A stretch of DNA of 64,000 bases from Bacillota bacterium (GCA_017577485.2 PKRI02000004.1:7862-71861), one strand, 5' to 3'. Numbered from the stretch's first letter, positions 28,664-48,850 are shown. Translations and numbers: made by a program. Notes: a model not told the origin generated them from the sequence alone.

Positions 28664-29365
28664 ATGGCCAGGCACGGCAAGGCTTACCGGGAAGCGCTGA
28701 GCAAGATTGAACCGGGCCGCCTGTACACGCCCGAGGAGGCCCTGGCCCTGGTCAAGGAGACGGCCCGGGCCAGGTTTGACGAAACGGTGGAAGTGGCGGT
28801 GCGCCTGGGCGTGGACGTGCGCCACGCCGACCAGATGATCCGCGGCACCGTGGTCCTTCCCCACGGCACCGGCCGGGAAGTGCGGGTGGCCGTGTTCGCC
28901 AAGGGCGAGAAGGCCAGGGAGGCCCAGGCGGCCGGGGCCGACGTGGTCGGCGACGAGGACCTGGTCCAGAAGGTGCAGGACGGCTGGCTGGAGTTCGACG
29001 TGGCCATCGCCACCCCGGACATGATGGGCCTGGTGGGCCGGTTGGGCCGGATCCTGGGTCCCCGGGGCCTGATGCCCAACCCCAAGACCGGGACCGTCAC
29101 CTTCGACGTGGCGGAGGCGGTGCGCGAGGCCAAGGCCGGCAAGATCGAGTTCCGCACCGATAAGGCCGGTATCGTCCACGCGCCTCTGGGCAAGGTGTCC
29201 TTCGGCACGGAGCAACTGCTGGAGAATTTCCGGGCCCTGATGGACGCGCTGGTCAAGGCGCGGCCGGCCGCGGCCAAGGGCCAGTACATCCGCAGCGTCA
29301 CGGTGTCGGCCACCATGGGGCCGGGCATCCGCATCAACCCGCTGCGGGCGATGCCGGCGGCCTGA
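28664..29365 (+). CDS. rplA: 50S ribosomal protein L1
   Basis: [20 protein letters not shown]. Confidence 0.98.
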   Translation: MARHGKAYREALSKIEPGRLYTPEEALALVKETARARFDETVEVAVRLGVDVRHADQMIRGTVVLPHGTGREVRVAVFAKGEKAREAQAAGADVVGDEDLVQKVQDGWLEFDVAIATPDMMGLVGRLGRILGPRGLMPNPKTGTVTFDVAEAVREAKAGKIEFRTDKAGIVHAPLGKVSFGTEQLLENFRALMDALVKARPAAAKGQYIRSVTVSATMGPGIRINPLRAMPAA

Positions 29366-29444
29366 GGCCGCCAGGCCCGGCGGGCCTCCGGGCCCGCCGG
29401 CGAGTCCCGGCGCAGCGGTGCCGGGCAAGCGAAAACTTCGTCCA

Positions 29445-29575
29445 CGCCGTAGACCGCAGGTGCGCCAGGGCGCTTAAGTCCCCACCGGGGAGCCTGCCGA
29501 GGCGGGCGACGCGCCGCCGGCCCGGAGCCGGCAACGGCGAGCCCTCCCCTGCTGCTGCGGCAGGGGTTTTTCTTT
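29445..29575 (+). ncRNA. L10 leader (rplJL autoregulatory attenuator)
   Basis: CCGTAGACCGCAGG...TTAA...CCTGCCGAGG core and terminator CCCCTGC/GCAGGGG plus U-tract before the rplJ SD. Confidence 0.85.
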
Positions 29576-29602
29576 CGCGTGGACGCGCGGGGAGGTGAAC
29601 CC

Positions 29603-30133
29603 TTGTCTGCCGCCAGGGAAGAAAAGCAGAAGCAGGTGGCCGAACTGGCCGAGAAACTGGAGCGGGCCCAGGCCGTGATCCTGGTCGACTTCCGGGGCCT
29701 CACCGTCCTCCAGAGCAGTGAACTGCGCAACCGGCTGCGGCCCCACGGCGTCGAGTTCAAGGTGGTCAAGAACACGCTGGCCCGGCGGGCCGCCCAGCAG
29801 GTGGGCCTGGAGGGCGTCGACCAGGTCTTCGAGGGTCCCACGGCCATGGCCTTCGCCTACCACGACCCGGTGGCCCCGGCCCGGGAACTGACCCGGTTCA
29901 ACCGGGAGACCGGCATGCCCCAGATCAAGGGCGGCATCCTGGGCGGGCGCTTCGTGGACGTGGACGAGGTGAACCGGCTGGCCACCATGCCCAGCCGTGA
30001 TGAACTGATCGGCAAGGTGGTGGGCGGCTTCGCGGCGCCGCTCTACGGCCTGGCCGCCGTCACCAGCGGCCTGCTCCGCAACCTGGTCTACGTGGTGGAT
30101 GCCGTGCGTCGAGCGAAGGAAAACGCCGCCTGA
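29603..30133 (+). CDS. rplJ: 50S ribosomal protein L10
   Basis: DFRGLTV, VVKNTL, GPTA; TTG after GGAGGTG. Confidence 0.97.
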   Translation: MSAAREEKQKQVAELAEKLERAQAVILVDFRGLTVLQSSELRNRLRPHGVEFKVVKNTLARRAAQQVGLEGVDQVFEGPTAMAFAYHDPVAPARELTRFNRETGMPQIKGGILGGRFVDVDEVNRLATMPSRDELIGKVVGGFAAPLYGLAAVTSGLLRNLVYVVDAVRRAKENAA

Positions 30134-30166
30134 GCGGTGGCGTGATCAGACGGGAGGGTTCAGCAG

Positions 30167-30556
30167 GTGTCCAAGGTTCAGGAAGTACTGGAGATCGTCA
30201 AGGGCATGACCGTTCTGGAACTGGCGGAACTGGTCAAGGCCTTCGAGCAGGAATTCGGCGTGACGGCCGCGGCGCCGGTGGTGGCTGCGGCTCCCGCGGC
30301 GGCGGCGGCCGGCGCTCCGGCGGCCGAGGCGGCTGCCGAGGAGCAGAGCGAGTTCACGGTGATCCTGGCCTCGGCGGGCGACAAGAAGATCCAGGTGATC
30401 AAGGTGGTCCGCGAGCTGACGGGCCTCGGCCTCAAGGAGGCCAAGGACCTGGTGGACGGGGCGCCCAAGCCCGTCAAGGAAGGCGTCAGCAAGGAAGAGG
30501 CCGAGAACATCAAGGCCAAGCTGGAAGAGGCCGGCGCCACCGTCGAGATCAAGTGA
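30167..30556 (+). CDS. rplL: 50S ribosomal protein L7/L12
   Basis: [23 protein letters not shown]. Confidence 0.98.
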   Translation: MSKVQEVLEIVKGMTVLELAELVKAFEQEFGVTAAAPVVAAAPAAAAAGAPAAEAAAEEQSEFTVILASAGDKKIQVIKVVRELTGLGLKEAKDLVDGAPKPVKEGVSKEEAENIKAKLEEAGATVEIK

Positions 30557-30560
30557 CGCG

Positions 30561-30594
30561 CGGGGCGGCCCGCACGGGCCGCCCCGGTTTCTTT
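30561..30594 (+). terminator. Intrinsic terminator after rplL
   Basis: CGGGGCGGCCC-GCAC-GGGCCGCCCCG followed by TTTCTTT. Confidence 0.8.
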
Positions 30595-30700
30595 CGCCTC
30601 CCGGCCGCCCGGCAGGGAGGCGGCGGGCACAGGAGCCAAATTGCCGGAAACACAACGCGGGCGCGTCCCATGGACGCGCCCGCGCCTGCAGCACACCGCG

Positions 30701-30729
30701 TTGACACCTCAGGTGCCTTGTGCTAGGAT
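30701..30729 (+). promoter_or_regulatory. SigA promoter for rpoBC
   Basis: TTGACA-17nt-TAGGAT with extended TG. Confidence 0.75.
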
Positions 30730-30935
30730 ACGATGTCGCCATCTTGTTGGTTGCATGCGGAGCAGGCGGGTGCCCGTGACTTCGAGAAGACAATTCTGCG
30801 CCCGGCGGCATTTCCCCTTCCCACGGCGACCGGACTTCGGCCTTCCGCGCATGGTCTCCTGTCGTCGCCGCGTCCGGGTTTCCCGCTGCGCGTCACTTCG
30901 GCTGACGGCATCACCATTAAAGGAGTGAAGCCTGC

Positions 30936-38239
<7,304 letters not shown>

Positions 38240-38301
38240 CGGTCCCGGGGGCGGCGGCCGCTCCCGCCCGGTCCGGAGCGGCCGCCGCCGGTGGTGTTTC
38301 G

Positions 38302-38330
38302 TTGACACCCCCTGGGCCCGGTGCTAGAAT
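38302..38330 (+). promoter_or_regulatory. SigA promoter for the str operon
   Basis: TTGACA-17nt-TAGAAT with extended TG. Confidence 0.8.
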
Positions 38331-38370
38331 TACAAAGTGTCTGTCGCCGGCCAGGTGGAGGTAACGTGTG

Positions 38371-38661
38371 ATGCCTTTAGAGCGCATACGCGCCGCCCGC
38401 CGGCGGGCAGTGGGCACCAAGCAGACGCTGAAGGCCGCCGTGCGCGGCCTGGCCGCCGAGGTGTTCGTCGCCCGCGACGCCGAGGAGCACGTGGTTCGAG
38501 GCGTGATCCAGGCCTGCCGGGACCGCGGCATCACCATCACCTACGTCGACACCATGGCGGAACTGGGGCGGGCGTGCGGCATCAAGGTCGGAGCCGCGTC
38601 CGCGGCGATCTTGAAGGAAGGAGGTGCGGAGCATGCCGACGATCAGCCAGTTGGTCCGTAA
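38371..38661 (+). CDS. L7Ae-family K-turn-binding protein (YbxF-like)
   Basis: [28 protein letters not shown]; standard position before rpsL. Confidence 0.92.
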   Translation: MPLERIRAARRRAVGTKQTLKAAVRGLAAEVFVARDAEEHVVRGVIQACRDRGITITYVDTMAELGRACGIKVGAASAAILKEGGAEHADDQPVGP

Positions 38662-39007
38662 GGGCCGGCGCCAGCTGCGGAAGAAGACCAAGGCGCCGGC
38701 GCTGCAGAAGAACCCCCAGAAGCGCGGGGTGTGCCTTCAGGTGCGGACCATGACGCCGAAGAAGCCCAACTCCGCCCTTCGGAAGATCGCCCGGGTGCGC
38801 CTGGTGAACGGGGTCGAGGTCACGGCCTACATTCCCGGCGAGGGTCACAACCTGCAGGAGCACTCCATCGTGCTGGTGCACGGGGGTCGCGTCAAGGACC
38901 TGCCGGGTGTGCGCTACCAGATCATCCGCGGCGCGCTGGATGCGGCCGGCGTGGAGAATCGCCGCCAGGGCCGTTCCAAGTACGGGGCCAAGCGGCCGCG
39001 GGAGTAA
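38633..39007 (+). CDS. rpsL: 30S ribosomal protein S12
   Basis: [30 protein letters not shown]. Confidence 0.99.
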   Translation: MPTISQLVRKGRRQLRKKTKAPALQKNPQKRGVCLQVRTMTPKKPNSALRKIARVRLVNGVEVTAYIPGEGHNLQEHSIVLVHGGRVKDLPGVRYQIIRGALDAAGVENRRQGRSKYGAKRPRE

Positions 39008-39214
39008 CGACGCGGCGGCCGGGGCGGGTGCGCGCGGGCGAGCGGCCGGACCCCGGCGCCCGGAACGCAGGGATCGACGGCGAGACAAGCGACGCGCGCC
39101 GCGGCCCGGCGAAGGGTGCGGCGCAGTCCTGGTCCTCGAGCGTATGATGCGAGGATTTTTTACGCCCGGAATCGGTGTACGACGTCGGTGACGTGGGGAA
39201 GGAAGTGAAGCGCT

Positions 39215-39685
39215 TTGCCGAGGCGAGGTCGGGCCGAACGCCGGCGGATCGCTCCTGATCCCGTCTACGGGAGCGAACTGGCGGCGCGGATGATCAACAA
39301 GATCATGCGCGACGGCAAGAAGGCGCTGGCGCAGCGCATCTTCTACCAGGCCATGGACCGGGTCCGGGAGCGCACCGGCCGTGAGCCCATGGAGGTCCTG
39401 GAGCAGGCGGTGCGCAACGCCATGCCCGTGCTGGAGGTCCGGCCGCGCCGGGTGGGCGGCGCCACCTACCAGGTGCCCATGGAAGTGCGCCCGCACCGGC
39501 GGGTGAGCCTGGCCCTGCGCTGGCTGGTCCAGTACGCCAACGAGCGCAACGAGCGCACGGCCGTGGAGCGCCTGGCCAACGAGATCATGGATGCGGCCAA
39601 CAACGGCGGCGGCGCGGTCCGCCGCAAGGAAGAAGTTCACCGGATGGCCGAGGCCAACAAGGCCTTCGCCCACTATCGCTGGTGA
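39215..39685 (+). CDS. rpsG: 30S ribosomal protein S7
   Basis: [24 protein letters not shown]. Confidence 0.99.
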   Translation: MPRRGRAERRRIAPDPVYGSELAARMINKIMRDGKKALAQRIFYQAMDRVRERTGREPMEVLEQAVRNAMPVLEVRPRRVGGATYQVPMEVRPHRRVSLALRWLVQYANERNERTAVERLANEIMDAANNGGGAVRRKEEVHRMAEANKAFAHYRW

Positions 39686-39721
39686 CGTTTACGGTCTCGC
39701 GACCGGAAAGGAGGTTGCAGG

Positions 39722-41818
39722 GTGGCAGCCAGGGTGCCTCTGCATAAGGTCCGGAACATCGGGATCGCGGCCCACATCGACGCCGGCAAGACGACCACCA
39801 CGGAACGCATCCTGTTTTATACCGGCCGGGTCCACAGGCTGGGCGAGGTCCACGAGGGCGCCGCGACCATGGACTGGATGCCGCAGGAGCAGGAGCGCGG
39901 CATCACCATCACGTCGGCCGCTACCACCTGCTTCTGGAAAGATCACCGCATCAACATTATAGATACGCCCGGGCACGTGGACTTCACCGTGGAGGTGGAG
40001 CGGTCCCTGCGCGTGCTGGACGGCGTCATCGCCGTCTTCTGCGCCCGCGGCGGCGTGGAGCCCCAGTCGGAGACGGTCTGGCGGCAGGCCGACCGCTACG
40101 GCGTGCCCCGCATCGCCTACGTCAACAAGATGGACATCACCGGGGCCAACTTCCACCGCGTGGTGGAGCAGCTTCGGGAGCGGCTCGGGGCCAACGCGGT
40201 GCCGGTCCAGCTTCCCATCGGGGCCGAGGATACCTTCGAGGGCATCATCGACCTGGTGCGGATGAAGGCCTACTACTACCGCGACGAGTTGGGGAGGCAG
40301 ATCGACGAGCTGCCCATCCCGGACCACCTGGCGGATCTGGCCGCCCAGCACCGGGAGCAGCTGGTGGAGGCCGCGGCCGACCTGGACGAGGAGATCATGG
40401 TCCGGTACCTGGAGGGCGAGGAGATCGACGCCGCCGACCTGCAGCGGGCGATCCGGCAGGGCACCGTCACCGCCCGGATCGTGCCGGTCTTCTGCGGTTC
40501 CTCCTACCGGAACAAGGGCGTGCAGCTGCTGCTGGACGGCGTCGTCGATTACCTGCCGTCGCCGCTGGACATCCCGCCGGCGCGGGGCACCCACCCGGAG
40601 ACGGGCGAGGCCCTGGAGCGCGCGGCCGACCCCGAGGGGCCCTTCGCGGCCCTGGCCTTCAAGGTGGCCACCGACCCGTACGTGGGTAAGCTGGTGTTCT
40701 TCCGGTGCTACTCGGGCACCCTCAAGGCCGGCACGTACGTGTACAACGCCACCACCGGGCGCAAGGAGCGCATCGGGCGCCTGCTGCGGATGCACGCCAA
40801 CCACCGCGAGGAGATCGACGAGGTGGCCGCCGGCGATATCGCCGCCGCGGTGGGCGTGAAGAACACCACCACCGGCGACACGCTGTGCGACGAGAACGCA
40901 CCCATCGTGCTGGAGAAGATGGAGTTCCCGGAGCCGGTCATCGACATCGCCATCGAGCCCAAGACCCAGGCCGACCAGGACAAGATGGGCGAGGCCCTGG
41001 GCAAGCTGGCGGAAGAGGATCCCACCTTCCGGGTGCGGGTGGACCAGGAGACGGGCCAGACCATCATCTCCGGCATGGGCGAACTCCACCTGGAGGTCAT
41101 CGTCGACCGGCTGCTCAGGGAGTTCAAGGTCGAGGCCAACGTGGGGCGGCCCCAGGTGGCCTACCGCGAGACCATCACCGGCCGGGCCGAGAAGGTGGAG
41201 GGCCGCTTCGTGCGGCAGACCGGCGGTCGCGGCCAGTACGGCCACGCCATCATCGACATCGAGCCGCTGGAGCGCGGTCAGGGCTTCGAGTTCGTCAACA
41301 AGATCGTCGGCGGCGTCATCCCCAAGGAGTACATCCCGGCGGTGGAGGCCGGCGTCCGCGAGGCGATGGAGTCAGGCGTGCTGGCGGGCTACCCTGTGGT
41401 CGACGTGCGCGTGACCCTGGTGGACGGCTCCTACCACGAGGTCGACAGCTCGGAGATGGCCTTCAAGATCGCCGGATCCATGGCCTTCAAGGCGGCGGCC
41501 GAGAAGGCGGGGCCCGTGCTGCTGGAGCCCGTCATGAAGGTGGAGGTCATCGTCCCCGACGACTACATGGGTGACGTGATCGGCGACATCAACGCCCGCC
41601 GCGGGCGCCTGGAGGGCATGGAGCCGGCCCCCGGCGGCCAGGCGATCCGGGCGCTGATCCCCCTGGCCGAGATGTTCGGCTACGCCACGGATCTCCGCTC
41701 CCGCACCCAGGGCCGGGGCACGTACACCATGCAGTTCTCCCACTACGAAGAAGTGCCGCAGGGCATTGCCCAGGAAATCATCGACCGCGCCCGCGGTCAG
41801 GTGAAGGCCAAGCGTTAA
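39722..41818 (+). CDS. fusA: Elongation factor G
   Basis: [23 protein letters not shown]. Confidence 0.99.
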   Translation: MAARVPLHKVRNIGIAAHIDAGKTTTTERILFYTGRVHRLGEVHEGAATMDWMPQEQERGITITSAATTCFWKDHRINIIDTPGHVDFTVEVERSLRVLDGVIAVFCARGGVEPQSETVWRQADRYGVPRIAYVNKMDITGANFHRVVEQLRERLGANAVPVQLPIGAEDTFEGIIDLVRMKAYYYRDELGRQIDELPIPDHLADLAAQHREQLVEAAADLDEEIMVRYLEGEEIDAADLQRAIRQGTVTARIVPVFCGSSYRNKGVQLLLDGVVDYLPSPLDIPPARGTHPETGEALERAADPEGPFAALAFKVATDPYVGKLVFFRCYSGTLKAGTYVYNATTGRKERIGRLLRMHANHREEIDEVAAGDIAAAVGVKNTTTGDTLCDENAPIVLEKMEFPEPVIDIAIEPKTQADQDKMGEALGKLAEEDPTFRVRVDQETGQTIISGMGELHLEVIVDRLLREFKVEANVGRPQVAYRETITGRAEKVEGRFVRQTGGRGQYGHAIIDIEPLERGQGFEFVNKIVGGVIPKEYIPAVEAGVREAMESGVLAGYPVVDVRVTLVDGSYHEVDSSEMAFKIAGSMAFKAAAEKAGPVLLEPVMKVEVIVPDDYMGDVIGDINARRGRLEGMEPAPGGQAIRALIPLAEMFGYATDLRSRTQGRGTYTMQFSHYEEVPQGIAQEIIDRARGQVKAKR

Positions 41819-41833
41819 GGAGGAGGATGGCAG

Positions 41834-43021
<1,188 letters not shown>

Positions 43022-43146
43022 CGGATTCACCGGACCATGCGGGTGGGGGCCGCGGCCGTGAACCGGGCCCCCGCCCGTCCACGCACCGGGCCGCCGGAGC
43101 CGGCGGCCGCTGATCCGGGCGACGAGCGAGGGGGTGTCAGGGGCAG

Positions 43147-43455
43147 ATGGCAGCGCAGAAGATCCGCATCCGGCTGCGGGCTTTTGATCACGGCGTGCTG
43201 GACCAGTCCGCGGAGCGCATCGTCGATACCGCTCGCCGGACCGGCGCCCGGGTTTCCGGGCCGGTGCCCTTGCCGACCGAGAAGACCGTCTACACGGTGC
43301 TGGTGGCGCCCAACGGCGAGAAGGACATCCGCGAGCAGTTCGAGATGCGGACCCACAAGCGCCTGATCGACATCCTCGACCCGACGCCGAAGACGGTCGA
43401 CGCGCTGATGCGTCTCGACCTGCCGGCCGGGGTGGACATCGAGATCAAGCTTTGA
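43147..43455 (+). CDS. rpsJ: 30S ribosomal protein S10
   Basis: [21 protein letters not shown]. Confidence 0.98.
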   Translation: MAAQKIRIRLRAFDHGVLDQSAERIVDTARRTGARVSGPVPLPTEKTVYTVLVAPNGEKDIREQFEMRTHKRLIDILDPTPKTVDALMRLDLPAGVDIEIKL

Positions 43456-43509
43456 GCGTGGTTTAACCCGCACGCCCGGCCGCGGCAAGGGCGGGGGAGG
43501 TGACGACGC

Positions 43510-44160
43510 ATGGCCACGAAGGGCCTGATCGGACGCAAACTGGGCATGACGCAGCTTTTCGACGAAGAGGGGCGGCTGGTCCCGGTCACGGTCATCGAGG
43601 CGGGACCCTGCCTGGTCGTCCAGCGCCGCACCCCGGAGCGCGACGGCTACGCCGCCATCCAGCTGGGGTTCGGCGAGGTCAAGGAAAAGAAGCTTAACCG
43701 CCCGCTGCGCGGCCACTTCAGCAAGCGCGGCCTGGCGCCGCGCCGGCTGCTGCGGGAGTTCCGGGTGGACGACGTCGACGCCTACGAGGTCGGCCAGGAA
43801 CTCAAGGCGGACGTGTTTACGGCCGGCGAGTACGTGGACGTCACCGGCATCTCCCGCGGGAAGGGCTTCGCGGGCGCCATCAAGCGCCACGGCGCCCAGC
43901 GCGGCCCCATGAGCCACGGTTCCAAGTATCACCGGGGCCCGGGTTCCATGGGCCCGTCCACCTTCCCGGGCCGGGTGTTCAAGGGCAAGAAGCTGCCCGG
44001 CCACATGGGCGGGCGGCGGGTCACCGCCCGGGGCCTGCGGCTGCTGCGGGTGGACCCGGACCGCAACCTGCTGATCGTGGAAGGCTCGGTGCCGGGGGCG
44101 CGGGGGTCGTACGTGCTGGTGCGGTCCACCACCGTGGCCCGGAAGAAAGCGGCGAGGTGA
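43510..44160 (+). CDS. rplC: 50S ribosomal protein L3
   Basis: KLGMTQ, GKGFAG, PGHMG. Confidence 0.98.
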   Translation: MATKGLIGRKLGMTQLFDEEGRLVPVTVIEAGPCLVVQRRTPERDGYAAIQLGFGEVKEKKLNRPLRGHFSKRGLAPRRLLREFRVDDVDAYEVGQELKADVFTAGEYVDVTGISRGKGFAGAIKRHGAQRGPMSHGSKYHRGPGSMGPSTFPGRVFKGKKLPGHMGGRRVTARGLRLLRVDPDRNLLIVEGSVPGARGSYVLVRSTTVARKKAAR

Positions 44161-44165
44161 CATCC

Positions 44166-44795
44166 ATGCCGAAGGTGCCGGTTTACAACCTGGAGGGGCA
44201 GCAGGTCGACGAGATCGAGCTCAGCGACGCCGTGTTCGCTGCGCCGGTCAACCATGACCTGCTGCACCAGGCGGTGGTCATGTACGAGGCCAACCGCCGC
44301 GTCGGCACGGCGGCCACCAAGACCCGCGGCATGGTTTCGGGCGGCGGCCGCAAGATCTGGCGCCAGAAGGGTCTGGGCCGCGCCCGCCAGGGCAGCATCC
44401 GGGCGCCTCACTGGCGCAAGGGCGGCGTGGTCTTCGGTCCCCAGCCGCGGTCTTACCGCCTGCGCATGCCCAAGAAGATGCGGCGGGCGGCGCTGCGGGC
44501 GGCGCTGTCGGCCAAGCTGCGGGACGGCGAACTGCTGGTGGTGGACCGGCTCACGGTGCCGGCGCCCAGGACCCGCGAGATGCGGGTGGTGCTGGAGAAA
44601 CTGGGCGTGGCCGCCCACAAGCCGCTGCTGGTGCTGGGCGAGACGGACCCGGCGGTGCGGCTGGCCGCCCGCAACCTGGAGGGCGTCGAGGCGGCCCTGG
44701 CCGAGCACCTCAACGCGCGCCAGGTGCTGGTCCACGGGCGGGTGGTCCTGACCCGGGACGCGGTGCGCCGGGTGGAGGAGGTGCTGGCTTCATGA
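44166..44795 (+). CDS. rplD: 50S ribosomal protein L4
   Basis: WRQKGLGRARQGS, GGVVFGP. Confidence 0.98.
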   Translation: MPKVPVYNLEGQQVDEIELSDAVFAAPVNHDLLHQAVVMYEANRRVGTAATKTRGMVSGGGRKIWRQKGLGRARQGSIRAPHWRKGGVVFGPQPRSYRLRMPKKMRRAALRAALSAKLRDGELLVVDRLTVPAPRTREMRVVLEKLGVAAHKPLLVLGETDPAVRLAARNLEGVEAALAEHLNARQVLVHGRVVLTRDAVRRVEEVLAS

Positions 44796-45085
44796 CCTCG
44801 CCTCACGACGTCATCCTGCGCCCGGTGATCACCGAGAAGAGCATGCAGCAGATGGCCCAGGGCAAGTACACCTTCGTGGTCAGCCGCCGGGCCACCAAGC
44901 CGGAGATCCGCCGGGCCGTCGAGGAACTGTTCGATGTCGAGGTCGAGAAGGTCAACACCATGACCGTCCGCGGCAAGACGCGCAGGCTGGGACGGTTCAG
45001 CGGCCGGCGGCCCGACTGGAAGAAGGCCGTGGTCACCCTGAAGGAAGGCCAGCGCATCCGCAAGTTCTTCGACGAACTGGGTTGA
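44792..45085 (+). CDS. rplW: 50S ribosomal protein L23
   Basis: PVITEKS, KVNT, WKKAVVTL. Confidence 0.97.
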   Translation: MTSPHDVILRPVITEKSMQQMAQGKYTFVVSRRATKPEIRRAVEELFDVEVEKVNTMTVRGKTRRLGRFSGRRPDWKKAVVTLKEGQRIRKFFDELG

Positions 45086-45159
45086 TGCCCCGTCCCCGCC
45101 GGGCACCGGCCGACGGCGCCCGGGCGGGGACCGCATGAAGGGAAAGGGGGGCAACGGGG

Positions 45160-45999
45160 ATGGCCATCAAGCATTTCAAGCCGACGTCGCCGGGCCGCCG
45201 GCAGATGACGGTGATCGATTACTCCGTGCTGACCAAGAAGGAGCCGGAGAAGTCGCTGCTGGCACCGCTGAAGAAGGACGCGGGGCGCAACAACCAGGGC
45301 CGCATCACCACCCGGCACCGGGGCGGTGGTCACAAGCGGCTGTACCGGATTATCGATTTCCGCCGCGACAAGGACGGCATCCCGGCCCGGGTGGCGGCCA
45401 TCGAGTACGATCCCAACCGGACCGCTTTCATCGCCCTGCTCCACTACGCCGACGGCGAGAAGCGCTACATCCTGGCGCCGGTGGGCCTGGAGGTGGGCCA
45501 GACGGTCATGTCCGGTCCCGGCGCCGACATCAAGCCCGGCAACGCCATGAAGCTGCGGGATATCCCGCTGGGCACGGTGATCCACGCCATTGAGCTGAAG
45601 CCGGGCAAGGGCGCCCAGATGGCCCGCTCGGCCGGGGCCGAGGCCCAGCTGGTGGCCAAGGAGGGCGACTACGCCCAGATCCGCCTGCCCTCGGGCGAGG
45701 TGCGGATGGTGCACCTGGAGTGCCGGGCCACCATCGGCCAGGTGGGCAACGTGGACCATGAAAACGTCACCATCGGCAAGGCCGGGCGCTCGCGCTGGCT
45801 GGGCCGCAGGCCCGCCACCCGCGGTTCGGTCATGAACCCGGTGGATCACCCCCACGGCGGTGGCGAGGGCAAGGCGCCCATCGGGCGGCACCCGGTCACC
45901 CCCTGGGGCAAGCCCGCCCTGGGCAAGAAGACCCGGAAGAAGAACAAGCAGTCCAACAAGTTCATCGTGCGCGACCGGCGCCAGCGGAAGCAGGGCTGA
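45160..45999 (+). CDS. rplB: 50S ribosomal protein L2
   Basis: [19 protein letters not shown]. Confidence 0.99.
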   Translation: MAIKHFKPTSPGRRQMTVIDYSVLTKKEPEKSLLAPLKKDAGRNNQGRITTRHRGGGHKRLYRIIDFRRDKDGIPARVAAIEYDPNRTAFIALLHYADGEKRYILAPVGLEVGQTVMSGPGADIKPGNAMKLRDIPLGTVIHAIELKPGKGAQMARSAGAEAQLVAKEGDYAQIRLPSGEVRMVHLECRATIGQVGNVDHENVTIGKAGRSRWLGRRPATRGSVMNPVDHPHGGGEGKAPIGRHPVTPWGKPALGKKTRKKNKQSNKFIVRDRRQRKQG

Positions 46000-46041
46000 T
46001 GCCGCGCCGGCGCCGCCTGACAGGCGAAAGGAGGTGGCCTG

Positions 46042-46326
46042 ATGGGCAGGTCCTTGAAGAAGGGGCCCTATGTGGACGCCAAGCTGATGAAGCGCATCCA
46101 GGAGTTGAACGAGTCCCGGCAGCGTCGGGTCATCAAGACCTGGGCCAGGGCGTCGACCATCACCCCGGAGATGGTGGGCCACACCATCGCCGTCCATGAC
46201 GGCCGGAAGCACGTGCCCGTTTACATCACCGAGGACATGGTGGGCCACAAGCTGGGCGAGTTCGCCCCGACGCGGACCTTCCGGGGTCACGGCCACCATA
46301 CGGAGCGCTCGACCGCGCTGAAGTGA
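46042..46326 (+). CDS. rpsS: 30S ribosomal protein S19
   Basis: [16 protein letters not shown]. Confidence 0.98.
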   Translation: MGRSLKKGPYVDAKLMKRIQELNESRQRRVIKTWARASTITPEMVGHTIAVHDGRKHVPVYITEDMVGHKLGEFAPTRTFRGHGHHTERSTALK

Positions 46327-46339
46327 GGAGGAGCAGGCC

Positions 46340-46717
46340 ATGGAAGCCCGTGCCGTCGCCCGATACGTGCGGCTGTCGCCCCGCAAGGCGCGGCTGGTCA
46401 CCGAGATGATCCGCGGCAAGAGCGTGGACGAAGCCCTGGCCGTCCTCCGCTTCTCACCGCAGAAGGCAAGCCGGGTGGTGGAAAAGGTGCTGCGCTCGGC
46501 CGTGGCCAACGCCACCCACAACCTGGAACTGGACGAGGACAGCCTCTATGTGGCCCGGGCCTATGTGGATCAGGGCCCGGTGCTGAAGCGGTGGAAGGCG
46601 CGGGCGCGGGGCCGGGCCGAGATGCGGCGCCGTCCCCTGGCCCACGTGACGGTGGTCGTCCGCAGCCGGGAGACGCCCGCCGCCGGCGGCAGCGGGCGGT
46701 CCGGCCGCAAGGCCTGA
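46340..46717 (+). CDS. rplV: 50S ribosomal protein L22
   Basis: [21 protein letters not shown]. Confidence 0.97.
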   Translation: MEARAVARYVRLSPRKARLVTEMIRGKSVDEALAVLRFSPQKASRVVEKVLRSAVANATHNLELDEDSLYVARAYVDQGPVLKRWKARARGRAEMRRRPLAHVTVVVRSRETPAAGGSGRSGRKA

Positions 46718-46734
46718 GGAAAGGAGGGATCGCC

Positions 46735-47403
46735 GTGGGTCAAAAGGTCCATCCCAAAGGTTTCCGGGTGGGCGTGATCCGCAACTGGGATTCCCGGTGG
46801 TTCGCCCGGGGCTCGGACTACGCCAAGCTGGTCCACGAGGACGAGAAGATCCGCAGTTACATCAAGCAGCACCTTTACGCCGCGGGCGTTTCGACCATCG
46901 AGATCGAGCGGGCCGCCAACCGGGTGAAGGTCACCATCCACACCGCCAAGCCGGGCATCGTCATCGGCCGCGGCGGGACCGGCGTGGACCGGCTGCGTCA
47001 GGAACTGGAACAGCTGACGGGCCGGCAGATCCACATCAACGTGGTGGAGATCAAGGTTCCCGAACTGGACGCCCAGCTGGTGGCCGAGAGCGTGGCCGGC
47101 CAGTTGGAGCGACGGGTTTCCTTCCGGCGCGCCATCAAGCAGGCGGCGGCCAGGGCCATGCGGGCCGGGGCCCAGGGCGTCAAGATCATGGTGGCCGGCC
47201 GCCTGGGCGGCGCCGAGATGTCGCGCCGTGAGTGGACGGCCGAGGGTTCGGTCCCGCTGCATACGCTGCGGGCCGACATCGACTACGGGTTTGCCGAGGC
47301 CTTTACCACCTACGGCCAGATCGGCGTTAAGGTCTGGATCAACCGCGGCGAGGTGCTGCCCGAACGCTCCGAGGCCCAGGCCGAGGCCGGCGTGACGGGC
47401 TGA
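46735..47403 (+). CDS. rpsC: 30S ribosomal protein S3
   Basis: [30 protein letters not shown]. Confidence 0.98.
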   Translation: MGQKVHPKGFRVGVIRNWDSRWFARGSDYAKLVHEDEKIRSYIKQHLYAAGVSTIEIERAANRVKVTIHTAKPGIVIGRGGTGVDRLRQELEQLTGRQIHINVVEIKVPELDAQLVAESVAGQLERRVSFRRAIKQAAARAMRAGAQGVKIMVAGRLGGAEMSRREWTAEGSVPLHTLRADIDYGFAEAFTTYGQIGVKVWINRGEVLPERSEAQAEAGVTG

Positions 47404-47419
47404 CGGGAGGCTGATGGCT

Positions 47420-47845
47420 GTGCTGATGCCTCGCAAGGTCAAGTTCCGGAAGCAGCACCGGGGCCGCATGAAGGGTCTGGCCTACCGGGGCTCCACGGTG
47501 CACTACGGCGAGTACGGCCTGCAGGCCATGGAGCCCGGCTGGATCACCGACCGGCAGATCGAGGCCGCCCGCGTCGCCATCAACCGGCGCATCCGCCGCG
47601 GCGGCAAGGTGTGGATCCGGATCTTCCCGCAGAAGCCGGTGACCAAGAAGCCCGCGGAGACCCGGATGGGCGGCGGTAAGGGGTCGCCCGAGTACTGGGT
47701 GGCCGTGGTCAAGCCCGGCACCGTGACGTTCGAGGTGGCGGGCGTGCCCGAGGAACTGGCGCGGGAGGCCCTCTGGCTGGCATCGCAAAAGCTGCCGGTT
47801 CGGTGCCGGTTCGTCAAGCGCCAGGACACCGGTGGTGGTGCGTGA
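47420..47845 (+). CDS. rplP: 50S ribosomal protein L16
   Basis: [21 protein letters not shown]. Confidence 0.98.
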   Translation: MLMPRKVKFRKQHRGRMKGLAYRGSTVHYGEYGLQAMEPGWITDRQIEAARVAINRRIRRGGKVWIRIFPQKPVTKKPAETRMGGGKGSPEYWVAVVKPGTVTFEVAGVPEELAREALWLASQKLPVRCRFVKRQDTGGGA

Positions 47846-48078
47846 TGAAGGCTCAGGAACTGCGCAATCTCAGCGACGCCGAACTGGAGCAGCGCCTCCG
47901 GGACCTGAAGGAAGAGCTGTTCAACCTGCGCTTCCAGAACGCGGCGGGGCAGCTGGACAACCCGCTGCGGCTGCGCCAGGTGCGGCGCGACATCGCGCGG
48001 ATCCGCACCGTCCAGCGGGAGCGGGAACTGCGGGCCGGCGCCGCGGCCCGGGCCGCCGCCCAGGGCCGTGAAGGCTGA
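47845..48078 (+). CDS. rpmC: 50S ribosomal protein L29
   Basis: [23 protein letters not shown]. Confidence 0.96.
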   Translation: MKAQELRNLSDAELEQRLRDLKEELFNLRFQNAAGQLDNPLRLRQVRRDIARIRTVQRERELRAGAAARAAAQGREG

Positions 48079-48107
48079 AACGGCGGGTCAGGAGGGAGGC
48101 AGGCGCC

Positions 48108-48416
48108 ATGGAACGTGGTCATCGCAAGGTTCGCGTGGGCCGGGTCGTCTCGGACCGCATGGACAAGACGGTGGTCGTCGAGGTGGAACGCCTGACGGCC
48201 CACCCGCTCTACGGGCGGCGCATCCGCCGGACCAAGCGCTACATGGCCCATAACGAGGGCAACCAGGCCAAGCTGGGCGATCTGGTCCGCATCATGGAAA
48301 CCCGCCCCCTGAGCCGCCGCAAGCGCTGGCGGGTCGTCGAGGTGCTGGAGCATTCCGAGGCCAGGGCCCTGGCCGAGCGCGAGCGGGTCGCCGGCGAGGC
48401 GCAGGCTGAGCTTTGA
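48108..48416 (+). CDS. rpsQ: 30S ribosomal protein S17
   Basis: [18 protein letters not shown]. Confidence 0.97.
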   Translation: MERGHRKVRVGRVVSDRMDKTVVVEVERLTAHPLYGRRIRRTKRYMAHNEGNQAKLGDLVRIMETRPLSRRKRWRVVEVLEHSEARALAERERVAGEAQAEL

Positions 48417-48460
48417 AGTTCTGAAGATCGGGTTTTGGGTGGAAAGGAGGGCGGTCGGCC

Positions 48461-48829
48461 GTGATCCAGACGCAGACCCGCGTCAACGTCGCCGACAACA
48501 CCGGCGCCAAGGAAATCATGGTCATCAAGGTTCTGGGCGGGTCCCGCCGGCGCTACGCCAACGTGGGCGACATCATCGTCGGCTCGGTCAAGGAAGCCAC
48601 GCCCGGCGGCATGGTCAAGAAGGGCGACGTGGTCAAGGCCGTCATCGTGCGCAGCAAGCACGGCGTGCGCCGGCCCGACGGCACGTACATCCGGTTTGAC
48701 GAGAACGCGGCCGTCGTCATCCGCGACAATCGTGAGCCCCGGGGAACCCGGATTTTCGGCCCCGTGGCCCGCGAGCTGCGCGATCGGGAGTTCATGCGCA
48801 TCATCTCGCTGGCACCCGAGGTGCTTTGA
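48461..48829 (+). CDS. rplN: 50S ribosomal protein L14
   Basis: [26 protein letters not shown]. Confidence 0.98.
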   Translation: MIQTQTRVNVADNTGAKEIMVIKVLGGSRRRYANVGDIIVGSVKEATPGGMVKKGDVVKAVIVRSKHGVRRPDGTYIRFDENAAVVIRDNREPRGTRIFGPVARELRDREFMRIISLAPEVL

Positions 48830-48850
48830 GGTTTCGGAGGAGGCGTCCAG

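Noticed and set aside
43022-43146. tuf-rpsJ spacer as an S10 leader RNA
   Set aside because: Only GC hairpins without a U-tract; no recognisable leader consensus or promoter by eye.
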